A stretch of DNA of 64,000 bases from an uncultured Nitrospiraceae bacterium. GTDB taxonomy: Bacteria; Nitrospirota; Nitrospiria; Nitrospirales; Nitrospiraceae. Positions 53,730 to 63,983 of this stretch are shown in pieces. A program made the position numbers and the translations under genes. Every line of letters starts with the position of its first letter. Positions within the stretch are counted from its first letter, which is position 1. Location of the stretch: NCBI GenBank assembly GCA_963706325.1, contig CAVPLT010000007.1, positions 480,001 to 544,000 of the forward strand, given 5' to 3'. The notes under the pieces are model-generated. The model saw only the letters and a program-made list of their open reading frames with translations, did not search any database and was not told where the DNA came from.

Positions 53730-54323
53730 TTATCGAAAATCGAGAGGCATCGTGAGATTCAGCCTGTCTGTCTTCCGTGAAACAGCAGGACTCGGGCCAC
53801 CGTCCATGGCCTGCTGCTCGTGATGGAGCAACCAGCGTTTGCGCTCCAGACCTCCACCGTAGCCGGTCAGTGACCCGTCGGCTCCGATGACGCGATGGCA
53901 GGGCACCACGATGCCGATGGGATTGGCGCCGTTGGCCAAGCCAACGGCGCGCACAGCCGCCGGTTTGCCGATGTGCTTGGCCAATGCGCCATAACTCATC
54001 GTCTGCCCAGCGGGAATTCCCCGCAATGCCTGCCAGACGCATTCTTGGAACGGGGTGCCTTCCGTTACGGTCTGAAGGGAATCGATCGCGTGGAGATCAC
54101 CATCGAAGTAGGCAGCGATGGCCGAAGCCGACTCGCATGACCGCGGGGAGGGTATCAGCGTAAGGTTGTTTTTCCCATAATGGCATGCCAGCAGGCGACG
54201 CATGCGATCGTCATAGTCAATCCAATCGGTCGCTCGCAAGAGTCCATTCTCGTCGGAGATCAGGACCAACTTGCCGATTGGCGTCGAGAGCGTCTCGGTC
54301 AGAAGGCGAAGTGTACGAGCCAT
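53730..54323 (-). CDS. ogt: Methylated-DNA--protein-cysteine methyltransferase
   Basis: ATG 54323 behind AAGGAGG; GTPFQ..VW, RAVG.ANGANP, PCHRV active site, GYGGG. Confidence 0.92.
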   Translation of the reverse strand: MARTLRLLTETLSTPIGKLVLISDENGLLRATDWIDYDDRMRRLLACHYGKNNLTLIPSPRSCESASAIAAYFDGDLHAIDSLQTVTEGTPFQECVWQALRGIPAGQTMSYGALAKHIGKPAAVRAVGLANGANPIGIVVPCHRVIGADGSLTGYGGGLERKRWLLHHEQQAMDGGPSPAVSRKTDRLNLTMPLDFR

Positions 54324-55818
54324 GACGAACCTCCTTGCCGGTGAGTGTGTTGCGGCTGCCGACGGTCCATAAGTGCTGGGCGGCATAGCCACGCCAGGGG
54401 CGCCAGGCCTCCGCACGCTGGAGCAGTTGGGGACCGTCGGTCGCTATTCCTGCCAGCTGTGCGCCTCGCAAGATGCCCAGATCCGTGGCGGGAAAAGCAT
54501 CTGGTTCGCGCAAGGCGCGAAGGGCGATATACTGAGCGGTCCATTCACCGATGCCGCGGATGGCACGGAGTTGCGCAGTCCTATTCTCGATCGATCCCCC
54601 TGGCAGGAACAGGCGTGGATTGGACGTTGCCGCTTGGGCCAGCGCCTTCACCGTCGCCCGGCGCGCCGCAGGCATGCCGATGGGACTCAAGTCGGCCGTA
54701 GCGAGGCGGTGAGCCGTGGGAAAGGTGCGAGTCAATCGTGCATCGACGGCGTGAGGGATCGGCTCTCCGAACACAGCGGCCAATTTGCTGCCGAACCGGC
54801 GCGCCGCTTCCACTGTGACCTGCTGTCCGAGCACGGCGCGGATGGCGAGCTCAAATCCATCCCAACATCCAGGCGTGCGTAGTCCTGGCCGGGAGGCGAT
54901 CAGCGGTGCCAATATCTGGTCCGCCGACAAGTGAGCGGTGATGGCATCGACGTCGGCTCCCACGTCGAACTGATGCCGGACGCAGGCCACAATTGCTTGA
55001 AGCGCGCGAACAGATGGAAACTGGATTGTGGCCAGGAGGCTATGCCGGTGGGGTGCCTGCTCGACCGTCACGGTGCCTTGCAGGTCCTCGTGGGAGACGC
55101 TACGCCGATAGACGCCATTTTCGACGACCTCCAGTCCGTGAATGGCTCGCGCGCGCAGATACTCCAGCATGCCCTTCCAGTCATATGGAGGTCGATAGGG
55201 AATGCATAAAAGGACGGGAGCCTCATCGAACACATTGGCTGAGCTGTGCGTAGTAAGACGACGCAATTCGCTGGGTGGTCTGTGATAAAGCCTGCGGAAA
55301 GCATCGTTGAAGCGGCGCAAACTGCCGAATCCCGCGGCCATGGCCACATCGGCCATGGAGAGGCTGGTGTCATGAATCAATTGTTTAGCAAAGTTCAAAC
55401 GACGCGTCTGGGCGACTGTGATCGGCGAAGCTCCAAGGTGCTGGTCGAAGAGCCGGCGCAACTGCCGCGCGCCCATTCCGACGTGCATTGCAAGCGCTTC
55501 AACCGATCCGTCTTCGCGATCGAGAAAACCGCCCGCGATCAGCGCCAAAGCTCGAGACACTGTGTTTGACGTGCCGTGCCAGCCGGGCAGCTCGGGAGAA
55601 ATTTCTGGACGGCAGCGCAGGCAGGCGCGGAATCCTGCCGCTTGGGCGGTCGCGCTACTGAAAAAGAATCGGCAGTTCTCCCGCTTGGGGGTTCGAGCCG
55701 GACAAATGGGGCGGCAGTAGATTCCCGTGGAGACGACGCCGACAAAGAGGCGTCCGTCGAAGCGCGAGTCGCGCGTCTGCAGGGCACGGTAACACACATC
55801 TTGGTCGAGCGGTTCCAT
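54217..55818 (-). CDS. alkA: Ada-AlkA fusion (Ada Zn-binding domain + AraC HTH + 3-methyladenine glycosylase)
   Basis: STGIYCRPICPA, GFRACLRCRP, AraC HTH (AAGFGSLRRFN), RAVLGQQVT, GIGEWTAQY, FPATD, WRPWRGYA. Likely ATG 55818 (TTG 55878 possible). Confidence 0.9.
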   Translation of the reverse strand: MEPLDQDVCYRALQTRDSRFDGRLFVGVVSTGIYCRPICPARTPKRENCRFFFSSATAQAAGFRACLRCRPEISPELPGWHGTSNTVSRALALIAGGFLDREDGSVEALAMHVGMGARQLRRLFDQHLGASPITVAQTRRLNFAKQLIHDTSLSMADVAMAAGFGSLRRFNDAFRRLYHRPPSELRRLTTHSSANVFDEAPVLLCIPYRPPYDWKGMLEYLRARAIHGLEVVENGVYRRSVSHEDLQGTVTVEQAPHRHSLLATIQFPSVRALQAIVACVRHQFDVGADVDAITAHLSADQILAPLIASRPGLRTPGCWDGFELAIRAVLGQQVTVEAARRFGSKLAAVFGEPIPHAVDARLTRTFPTAHRLATADLSPIGMPAARRATVKALAQAATSNPRLFLPGGSIENRTAQLRAIRGIGEWTAQYIALRALREPDAFPATDLGILRGAQLAGIATDGPQLLQRAEAWRPWRGYAAQHLWTVGSRNTLTGKEVRHGSYTSPSDRDALDANRQVGPDLRREWTLASDRLD

Positions 55819-55899
55819 AGTCTGTACTTTGCCAGATTCGACGGTAAAATTCTGGCTATTTTCGGACGTGGCCATCAAGGAAGCTGAACTTAGCCTGTC

Positions 55900-56547
55900 C
55901 TAAACTTTGTACACCCGCCCGTTTCCGGTTACAAACACTTGATCATCCGAAGAGAACGGAACGTCGTAGCCGCCGCTGAGGGTTGAGAAGGCGGGCAGCA
56001 GCCCTTGAAAAGCGGAGATCACAAATCCTGGCAGTCTGAGGCGGTCAGGCCCTTTGCGGAGGAGAATCTTGGGATGCACGTGACCGACCCAATAGAATTC
56101 TCCCTCCGGTCCCGGGCTGCTGACCGGTTGATGCTGGAAGACAAAATCACCGAGACGCACCTTATCGCAAAGCGTTGCCAGGTCCCAGGCTGCGGGCCAG
56201 CGTTTGGCCAAGCCGGCATCGTGATTGCCCACGACCACCTGTACCTCCCCGCCAAAATCGCGCATCCATTGTGCAAAATCTTGGAGTACTTCACCAGTCA
56301 CTCCGGCCATCGAATGAACCAGGTCGCCCAAGAAAATGAGCCGTCGCACAAGGCGTCCGGCGATCACCTCGCGCAAGGTCGAGAGATCTTTTGCGCCAGC
56401 GCCGGCCGACAGCCACAGTCCCTGCTGCTGAAAAGTCTCTGCTTTGCCCAAGTGAACGTCGGCCACCACGAGAAGTTCCTGTGACGGCCAATATAGGCAG
56501 CGATCCGGCAGCAGCTCGAATTCTTCTTCTCGAACGACAATGCGCAC
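55900..56547 (-). CDS. pdeM: Ligase-associated DNA damage response metallophosphoesterase/endonuclease
   Basis: ADVHLGK, LGDLVH, GNHD, GHVHP and LPAFS motifs; abuts the Lhr stop codon. Confidence 0.88.
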   Translation of the reverse strand: MRIVVREEEFELLPDRCLYWPSQELLVVADVHLGKAETFQQQGLWLSAGAGAKDLSTLREVIAGRLVRRLIFLGDLVHSMAGVTGEVLQDFAQWMRDFGGEVQVVVGNHDAGLAKRWPAAWDLATLCDKVRLGDFVFQHQPVSSPGPEGEFYWVGHVHPKILLRKGPDRLRLPGFVISAFQGLLPAFSTLSGGYDVPFSSDDQVFVTGNGRVYKV

Positions 56548-59105
56548 TCAGCTAAAGACCTCCCGTTGAAGGCGCGCGATCCGCTGTTCGAATTTTTCGG
56601 TGGAGAGACGGGATCGAATACGCTCGACATAAAGCGGAAAGGCAAACGGCGTCAGTCGGGGGATGCGCACATGCAGACACTCCTGCTCGGCAATGGAAGT
56701 CATCACCGCCCGCAAGCGGTCGAGTTGAAGTTGCTGGTCCCGCACCTCCCGATAGGCCTGCGCCAGCAACGGATGGTCCGGCTCGTACTGCCGGAACACG
56801 TCGAAGAGCAGCGACGAACTCATCTGAAGGTGGCGAGCTGATTTGCGTTCAGACGGTGTTCCCTGGTGAATGAGACCGGCCACGCGCGCAATCTCTCGAA
56901 AAGCCCGCTTGGCGAGTTCGGGATAATTGAGCGACGCATGAATTTCCTCTTCCAAGCCGTCGACATTGGTCAGAGCTTGTCTAATTTCGTCGGGGTTTCC
57001 AAGCGGTTCCGTCGAGAGTAATTCAAATCCGTAATTATTGGCCGACACGGCGATGGTATTCGGACGCACACGCGCCAAGCGAGAGGCAGTCAGGTGCCCT
57101 AATCCTTCGTTGACGCTCCAGCCCTCCCAGGTATAGACGAAGAGATGGTGTCCTTCCCGGCTTCGGTATTCTTCGATCAATGTGTGATGGGCGGCGGGGA
57201 TTCTGGAACGGGCCTGTTGAATGTGCGCAATCGGTAACAATGCGGTCACCTCAGGCGAACGAGCCGGCTCGCCCTGTGCCGCCAAGCCCATTTGCGCGAT
57301 CTCGCGGCGCAAGTATCGCGACAGGGGTATGCTGATTGGAAGGATCGTTCCGTTCCAGACCGTCGCGACAGGGCTGCGCTGCTTGGCCGGTGTCACGTAG
57401 GCGGTCATGTCCCGGATGTGCAAAAAGGCTACGGTGCGGCCGCCGAACTGAATGACGTCTCCTGGCTTCAGTTTGGCCGCGAAGGTCTCATCGATGATGC
57501 CGAGCTTGGCGCCGCCCCGCACCTGCACCAGGACGCCGCTTTCGGACACGATCGTGCCGATGTTCATCTTATGTTGGCGAGCCATGTTCGAGGAGACGAA
57601 CCGGTACCGTCCCTCAATCTGCTCGACTTTGTGAAACCGTGGATAGGCAGACAGCGCGCCGCCGGCCACGATGAATTCCAGCGCCCAGGCGGCCTCTTCG
57701 TCGGTGATGCTTCGAAATGAATAGCTCGAACGGGCCTGGACCAAAATTTCGGCGGGATCGAATCCTTCGTGAAAGGCGGAATTCAACAGAAATTGCACGA
57801 ACACATCCAGAGGTTTGGCCAGGGGCGCCCGCTCTTCCAAGACGCCGTCCCGTATGGCTGCTCTCACCGCTGAGGCTTCGAGAAGTTCCAGAAAGTTTGT
57901 GGGGCAGAGGCGCACCAGGGTCTGCTCGCCAGGGCGGTGAAAGGCCCGGCCAGCCCGTTGAATGGCTCGGGCGATCGATTTGGCCGAGCCGATTTGGATG
58001 ACGTCTTCGACGTGCGGAAAATCCACTCCGAGATCGAGTGACGACGTGGCGACGACAAGACGAAGTTGGCCGGATTTAATGCCTTCTTCCACCCGCTGGC
58101 GTTCATCGAGATCCAATGAACCGTGATGCAAGGCGATGGTTTCCGCCCATTCCGGCTTCTGGGCCACAATTGCCTGATACCAGCGCTCTGCATGGGAGCG
58201 GGTGTTGGTGAAGATCAACGTGCTCTTGGACGGATCGATGCTGCGGATCACGTCCGGCAGCAATCGAAGTCCCGAGTAGCCGAACCAGGGACAGCGGGAT
58301 ATCGAAGCCGGGAGGATGGTACGCACCTCGATGTTTCTGGGAATCTCCGCCCGGATGATCGTCGATTGGACAGGGCCCACTGCCGCCGCCGCCGCGACCT
58401 CAAGATTCGCGATGGTGGCGGACAAGGCCCATGTACGGGCGTCTGTTGCCACCGACCGTAGTCGTGCCAGGGACAATTCGAGCAGACTCCCGCGCTTCGT
58501 CCCGAGCAATTCATGCCATTCATCGAGGACCACCGCCTGCAGACCCTTCATGCGTGCTTGCCATCCTTCGTCGGTGAGCATAATGGCCAGCGATTCGGGG
58601 TGGTCACCAGGACATGGGGTGATTGCGCCTTGAGCTGGCGACGAATCACGGGCGGGGTATCACCGGTACGTACGCCTACTTCGATCGGCCACCGAAGATT
58701 CTCGATCGGCCTCTGGATTGCCTGGGCGATATCTCGCACCAACGCTTTGAGTGGACTGATATATAGAATCGAGAGCTGTTCGCTCCTGATGCGAGGAGGA
58801 TTGGCCATCAGGTAGATGAGCGGCCCCCCCAGCGCGGCATAGGTTTTTCCGCTTCCGGTGGCGACCGCGATCAACCCTGATTTCCCCTGCCTAAAGGCTT
58901 CCCATGCTTCTCGCTGAAATGAAAATGGAGTCCATCCTTGCGCGGTAAACCAGCCGAGCCATTGCTCATCGGCCTGCTCAAGTGACAGGTCAGGCCAGGC
59001 TTCCGCTTGCCTTGGTTTCAGGGCGGCGGCTACGAGCGGACGAGCCATACGTCCCGTACGGTTGAGCCGGCGGATGCGATGTAGGATTTTGGAGGAGGGA
59101 CTCAT
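56548..59105 (-). pseudogene. lhr: Ligase-associated Lhr-core DEXH helicase, frameshifted as sequenced
   Basis: ATGSGKT, YISPLKAL and RTGDT in ORF 58548..59105; DEWH, SAT, HHGSL and QRAGR in ORF 56548..58581. One missing C in the CCCC run (58597-58600) breaks the conserved TTPESL motif; restored length 852 aa. Confidence 0.85.
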
Positions 59106-60837
59106 GCGTTTTCAGGAGGATCGCCCAGCTCGAATCTCATTTGTTCCGAGTAGAGAGCCGGTGACGCTCCTCGCTGGCCGACAATGTCGAACCCGCTGTC
59201 TGAAACGGGAGCGAAGCATTGGAATAACTGCTCGAGGCTGCTGATCCCGTCGGCATCTTCAGGCCGTTTGTCGGTGCGCTCTCGAAGGATGCGTGGGAAG
59301 CGGACGGCGAATCCTGATTTGTGCCGCTCGCTCCGGCTGATGCCTTCGAATCCGAGCTCAAAGACTCGCAGGGCGTTTACCGTGCGGACGGGACCGAACC
59401 GTTCCGTAGTGTTCTTGCGTATCCATCCGTCCAACTCACGCACCTCCGCATCGTTCAGGCCCGAGTAGGCCTTAGCCACGGAAATTAGTTTCTGCTCTTT
59501 CCACAGTGAAAAGGTATAGTCGGTATACAGCGAAGCCCGCCGTCCGGTGCCCGGTTGAGCCGCCGTCAGGACCGCGTCGATGGTTAACGGATCCGTCTTC
59601 CATTTGAACCAGATTCCCCGCTTGCGGCCGGTTTCATACGAGGTGCGGCGGCCCTTGATCATCACTCCCTCGGCGCCGTGGCTCCTGGCCATGACCCGCA
59701 AATCCGCTACCTCGGCCCAGGAAGCAGGCGTAAGTAGTGGCGAGAGCCCGACCTCGGGTATGACGGGCTGGTCCAAAAGCGATTGCAGGGCCTCGCGGCG
59801 TTCCGTAAGCGGACGATGCGTCCATGGTTCGCCATTCATCTGCAGCAGATCATAGGCTAGGAACGAGACAGGATGTGCCGCCACGAGGGCAGCGGAAGGC
59901 TTCTTCCGATTCAATCGTTTCTGCAACGCCTGAAATGAGCCGGGACGGTTGCAGTTTCCTGCCACGATCTCTCCATCTACGATCCAGTCTCCTGGAAGCT
60001 GTGCCATCGCGCGCGCCAGGTCGGGGAACGAGCCTGTGATGCGTTCTTCGCCGCGCGACCACATCTCGAGCTTCGTTCCCGCCTTCACAATCTGGCACCG
60101 GACGCCATCCCATTTCCATTCGCACTGCCATTCCGCTATGTGACCCAATTCGGCCGGTTGCCGATCCAATGGGGCGGCCAGACAGAACGGCAACGGCAAG
60201 AGGGATGCAACCTGGTCCTCGGTCGATGCCAGATCGTCGGTGGCTGCTCCCAACCGCGTGAAAAACTCTCCGCTGGGACGCCAGTTGCCTACGAGGCGCG
60301 ACGCGATGACGGCACGGGGCAAAGAAAATACCTCCGACAGGGCGCGATACACCAATGTTTCCGACACCCCGATGCGCAATGACCCCGTCAACAACTTGTT
60401 GAGGATGAACACTTCCTTGGTCTTCGAGTTGCTGCCACCAACCAGATGATGAGTCGGCGGCGGCTGTCGTCATCCATGTTGCTCAACGGTAACAACCGAT
60501 GGGACATCCACTCGCCGAGTGAGATGGCCTCGCTGGACGGGATCTTTCCCGTTTCTCCGGCCGCCGCCAGGATGAGGGCGACCATCTCAGCGGTGTCGCC
60601 TACGGCTGCATAACATTCCTCCATCATCCAGTCGGGATAGCGCACCAGCGCCTGAGCCCACTGCCGCAGTTTCGCCGAACCCACCAGCTGCTTCAATTTC
60701 TGTCCGGAGAGAAAAAATAACGTCCAGGCGCAGGTCTCAGGGTCTTGCTTGCGGAAAAACTCCGCCATGATCATGACTTTTTCGTTGGTCGAGGTCGTTT
60801 GATCGACACGCTGGAACAAGGTCGCGAAGGCTTCCAC
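59102..60837 (-). pseudogene. ATP-dependent DNA ligase (ligase-associated repair operon), frameshifted as sequenced
   Basis: N-half (CYAAVGDTAE) in ORF 60388..60837; C-half with NKLLTG, EWKWDG (motif I), DGE, EGVMIK, KWK and RFPRI in ORF 59102..60412; break at about 60422-60444. Confidence 0.85.
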
Positions 60838-61830
60838 CTAATCCTCTCCTTCGCCGAATTCCGTCGCGAGCGGCTCCGCGCGAACACCCTTCACCTCGCG
60901 CAGGAATCTCGCCAGCGCGTCAGTATTGCCATGGGTCACCAGGACACGTGAGGCGCCGGATTCTTGGACCGTGCGCAACAATCCGGTCCAATCTGCATGG
61001 TCGGAAAGGACAAAACCGCGCTGATAGCCACGCCTTCGTCTGATCCCTCGCACGGCCATCCACCCGGAAGCAAAGGCCGTCGAGACCGAGCGAAACCGTT
61101 TCATCCAGGGGCTGCGGTGGGCCGAAGGGGGCGCCAGCACCAGCCGTCCCTCGGTCGAGCCGGTCTCTTCGCCGACGAGTCGGGTCGGCACCATCGAAAC
61201 ACCTTGGCCACGATAGATCTGCGTGAGCGAGGCGACCGCGCCATGCACGAGGACTTCATCATTCGTGAGGCGGCTCAATTCGGAAAGAATCCGCTGAGCC
61301 TTGCCGAGGGCATAGCAAAACAAAAGGGCGGTAGTGCCCTCCCGGCGGCATTCCTGCCACCAGTCCATGATTTGCGCGGCGATGGTTTCGGAAGTCGTCC
61401 AGCGGTAGATGGGAAGCCCGAACGTGGCCTCGGTGATCATGGTGTCGCAAGGCACCGTTTCGAAGGCTTCGCATGTCGGGTCCGGATCGCGCTTATAGTC
61501 TCCCGTCACCACCCATACCTCCGACCCATGCTCCACACGAATCTGGGCCGATCCCCGAATATGGCCCGCGGGATGAAATGAGATCCAGGAGTTGCCGAGG
61601 CGTTCTTTGTGGCGGTAAGGAAACGCTCGCAGACGGATGTCGTGTCCCAGCCGGTGGCGGAGGATCGATGCGCAGTCTTCCGCGCACCAATATTCGGCGC
61701 TGCCCGAGCGGGCATGGTCGCCATGCGCATGGGTGATCAGATTGACGCTGGCCTTCCCCCATGCATCAATGTGAAACGCGTTATCGGGGCCGACAAGTCC
61801 CCCCTGTTGAAGCCGTACGATGTCCGCCAT
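60838..61830 (-). CDS. Ligase-associated DNA damage response exonuclease (MBL/beta-CASP fold)
   Basis: ITHAHGDHAR, PAGHIRGSAQ, GDYK, EATFGLP, YALGKAQR, SGWM, SDHADW, VTHG. Confidence 0.92.
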   Translation of the reverse strand: MADIVRLQQGGLVGPDNAFHIDAWGKASVNLITHAHGDHARSGSAEYWCAEDCASILRHRLGHDIRLRAFPYRHKERLGNSWISFHPAGHIRGSAQIRVEHGSEVWVVTGDYKRDPDPTCEAFETVPCDTMITEATFGLPIYRWTTSETIAAQIMDWWQECRREGTTALLFCYALGKAQRILSELSRLTNDEVLVHGAVASLTQIYRGQGVSMVPTRLVGEETGSTEGRLVLAPPSAHRSPWMKRFRSVSTAFASGWMAVRGIRRRRGYQRGFVLSDHADWTGLLRTVQESGASRVLVTHGNTDALARFLREVKGVRAEPLATEFGEGED

Positions 61831-62005
61831 GCCGTGACCTCTGGTGTATTGTCATAGATATGATACCAAGCGTGATAGGTCGAGAGAAGGGCGGCGGAAC
61901 GGCGAGCGCTGAGATGGGTCATCTTTGGGAAAAAAAAGGATTATTTCAGGGCGACCTCTTCGCATGAAGACGTGCGTCGATTATACTAAAGGACGAGGTA
62001 TACCA

Positions 62006-62302
62006 ATGATTGTACGGACCTGCATCGGGCTTCTGGGTATCTTTGCTCTTTTGTTTTCCTCTGCCTGCACAACGGTGGATAACAGCGCGCGACAGTCCAG
62101 TCAGAAGAGGACCTTCGGGCAGCGTGCGGAACGATTGGCCAAGTCTGTGACCAACACTATGACGGACGCAACCAGTGACGTCCTGCCTATTTTCTCGGTC
62201 ACATTGAATGAAATCGTTCGCGAGGCGAAGTCGGATCTGCCGAAGATTACTGAAGAGCTCCGCACGCAACTGAATCGGACCTCCTCTCCGACGAAGCCCT
62301 AG
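62006..62302 (+). CDS. Small hypothetical lipoprotein
   Basis: ATG 62006 behind GAGG; signal peptide with lipobox FSSAC. Confidence 0.55.
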   Translation: MIVRTCIGLLGIFALLFSSACTTVDNSARQSSQKRTFGQRAERLAKSVTNTMTDATSDVLPIFSVTLNEIVREAKSDLPKITEELRTQLNRTSSPTKP

Positions 62303-62496
62303 CAAGGCGGCTCCCACAATCACCGGCGGGAAGCATTGGGAAGGTGGTCACTCCAGCGGACGGCACGGTCTGCGCGGAGTTTCGCTTTTCGATCCACGAG
62401 TCGCGCTTTTTCCAGATGGAAACATCTGCGGTCATTCAACGATGAGACGCTAATAAGGCCGGGGCAGATTATCGTGGGCTCGAATGCGCGTTATGC

Positions 62497-63438
62497 TCAG
62501 CGATGGACGGTGGCATTCTTGGCTTTTGCCATCATCTTGCAGTAGGAGCAGGTGCCTGCGGTCGTCGGTTGGCCGCAAGACTCGCATGGAATAAGGGTCC
62601 GTTGGTCCTTTTCGGCCATGGACTCGACGGCGGATTGTGGCTTGGTTTGCTTGTCTAAAAATCCCCAGTAGAAACGCTGCTTGGTACCGGGGGATTCCGT
62701 TTCCAGCCGATTGAGGACCTCTTTGTAGAGGATCATCTTCGAACCCTTCGCCATGGGACATTCTTCCACAATGTAGTCGATGCGATTCACCACCGCATAG
62801 GCGGCGATTTCGCGTTCAGACAACCGACAGAGCGGCTTCACCTTCTTTGCAAACCCTTCCACGGATGCAGGAAGAGTCGGGCATTGTTTATCCAGGTATT
62901 CTTCCTGCCAATGCAACACATTGCCTAGGAGCCGCGCAGCTTCGTCGTCGAGATTGTGGCCGGTGGCCATGACATCATAGTCCTGCTCCACGGCCGCGCG
63001 ATTGAACTGATACCGCTTGATGGTGCCACAAGTGGAGCAGGTTGGACGGTGGAGGATGGTGGCCAATTCACGAATGCCGGCCCCGGCTTCTTGCTCGACG
63101 ACATGCACCAGGAGTGTGGCACCGTGAGTTACAGCCACGGTCTCGGCATAGTGCTTCACTTTGCGATGCGACTCTTCGGAGTAGGCGCCGATGCCGAGAT
63201 TGACGTACAGCGCGTCGGCGCGGTACCCGAGTTTGAGAAGGATATGCCACAGCGCGAGGCTGTCCTTGCCGCCCGAGACTGCGACGAGAATGCGATCCGT
63301 GGGCGTGAACATTTTGAATGATTTAATCGCACGCGCGACCTGCTCGTGCACAAAAGTGGTGAAGCAGCCTTTGCAGAAGGCGGCATTGTGCCGCGGAAGA
63401 CTGATCACGGCTTTCGTCTTACACTTCCCGCAATTCAT
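62497..63438 (-). CDS. ttuA: TtuA/Ncs6-type tRNA 2-thiouridine synthetase
   Basis: N-terminal Zn finger (CGKC...CKGC), PP-loop SGGKDS, CSTC, GHNLDDE, EECP, C-terminal Zn finger (CESC...CSYC). Confidence 0.8.
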   Translation of the reverse strand: MNCGKCKTKAVISLPRHNAAFCKGCFTTFVHEQVARAIKSFKMFTPTDRILVAVSGGKDSLALWHILLKLGYRADALYVNLGIGAYSEESHRKVKHYAETVAVTHGATLLVHVVEQEAGAGIRELATILHRPTCSTCGTIKRYQFNRAAVEQDYDVMATGHNLDDEAARLLGNVLHWQEEYLDKQCPTLPASVEGFAKKVKPLCRLSEREIAAYAVVNRIDYIVEECPMAKGSKMILYKEVLNRLETESPGTKQRFYWGFLDKQTKPQSAVESMAEKDQRTLIPCESCGQPTTAGTCSYCKMMAKAKNATVHR

Positions 63439-63481
63439 GAATATCCGTACCGCGTGAGAGGGTGAGAAAGCCCTGGGGCGA

Positions 63482-63676
63482 TCAACCGCCGGAAATGACC
63501 GGCCGGATTTCTATCTGGTCGGCATCGGCGAGCATTTCATCTTCCGTAACCAGGTCATCACCCCGAATCACCAGATGCGCCTCGATCACGAGATTGAGTT
63601 CGCGCAGCACTTCTTTGGAGCGCTTGGGGCCTTTGATTTCCACTTGGCGTTGGGGATGACTCAGTTGGACGATCAT
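63482..63676 (-). CDS. ttuB: MoaD/ThiS-family sulfur carrier (TtuB-like)
   Basis: 64 aa from ATG 63676, beta-grasp pattern, C-terminal ISGG; immediately upstream of ttuA. Confidence 0.75.
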   Translation of the reverse strand: MIVQLSHPQRQVEIKGPKRSKEVLRELNLVIEAHLVIRGDDLVTEDEMLADADQIEIRPVISGG

Positions 63677-63830
63677 GGCGCGATGATACGGCTGACTCGT
63701 GCGGGATTGCAAACTCCGAAAAAACCGCACGACTGTCGCACAAGGGACGCATTTCGATGTGAGGGGAAGGATCGGAGTGGTTACAGGATTTGCGGAGCGC
63801 GGCACATTCAAGCAGACAACCGAGCGATTG

Positions 63831-63983
63831 TTATCTTATTCCCTGGACGATCTGGAAAATCAAGAGTCCGGCCACGCCGAGAAACAGGAGAGCCGATACC
63901 AGCGCAAGGCGCTTGAACTTTCTGTTCTTGAGATCCAGCTCACTAAAGATTGCTTCCTTCCATGGGACATTGGGCTCGTTCAT
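63831..63983 (-). CDS. Small single-pass membrane protein (50 aa)
   Basis: Read by hand: [50 protein letters not shown]; basic patch then one TM helix; AGGA upstream of the ATG. Confidence 0.55.
   Translation of the reverse strand: MNEPNVPWKEAIFSELDLKNRKFKRLALVSALLFLGVAGLLIFQIVQGIR

Noticed and set aside
55845..55878. Possible Ada-type operator upstream of alkA (GTCCGAAAATAGCCAG on the - strand)
   Set aside because: Single instance with no second copy in the window and no match I can verify to the E. coli Ada box; needs comparative motif analysis.
61852..61863. Palindrome TCATA-GA-TATGA upstream of the repair operon as an SOS box
   Set aside because: Short, does not match a LexA box I know, and is not repeated in the window.
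62413..62428. CAGATG-GAAA-CATCTG hairpin as an ncRNA or terminator
   Set aside because: Only a 6-bp stem with no downstream U tract on either strand and no larger structure.
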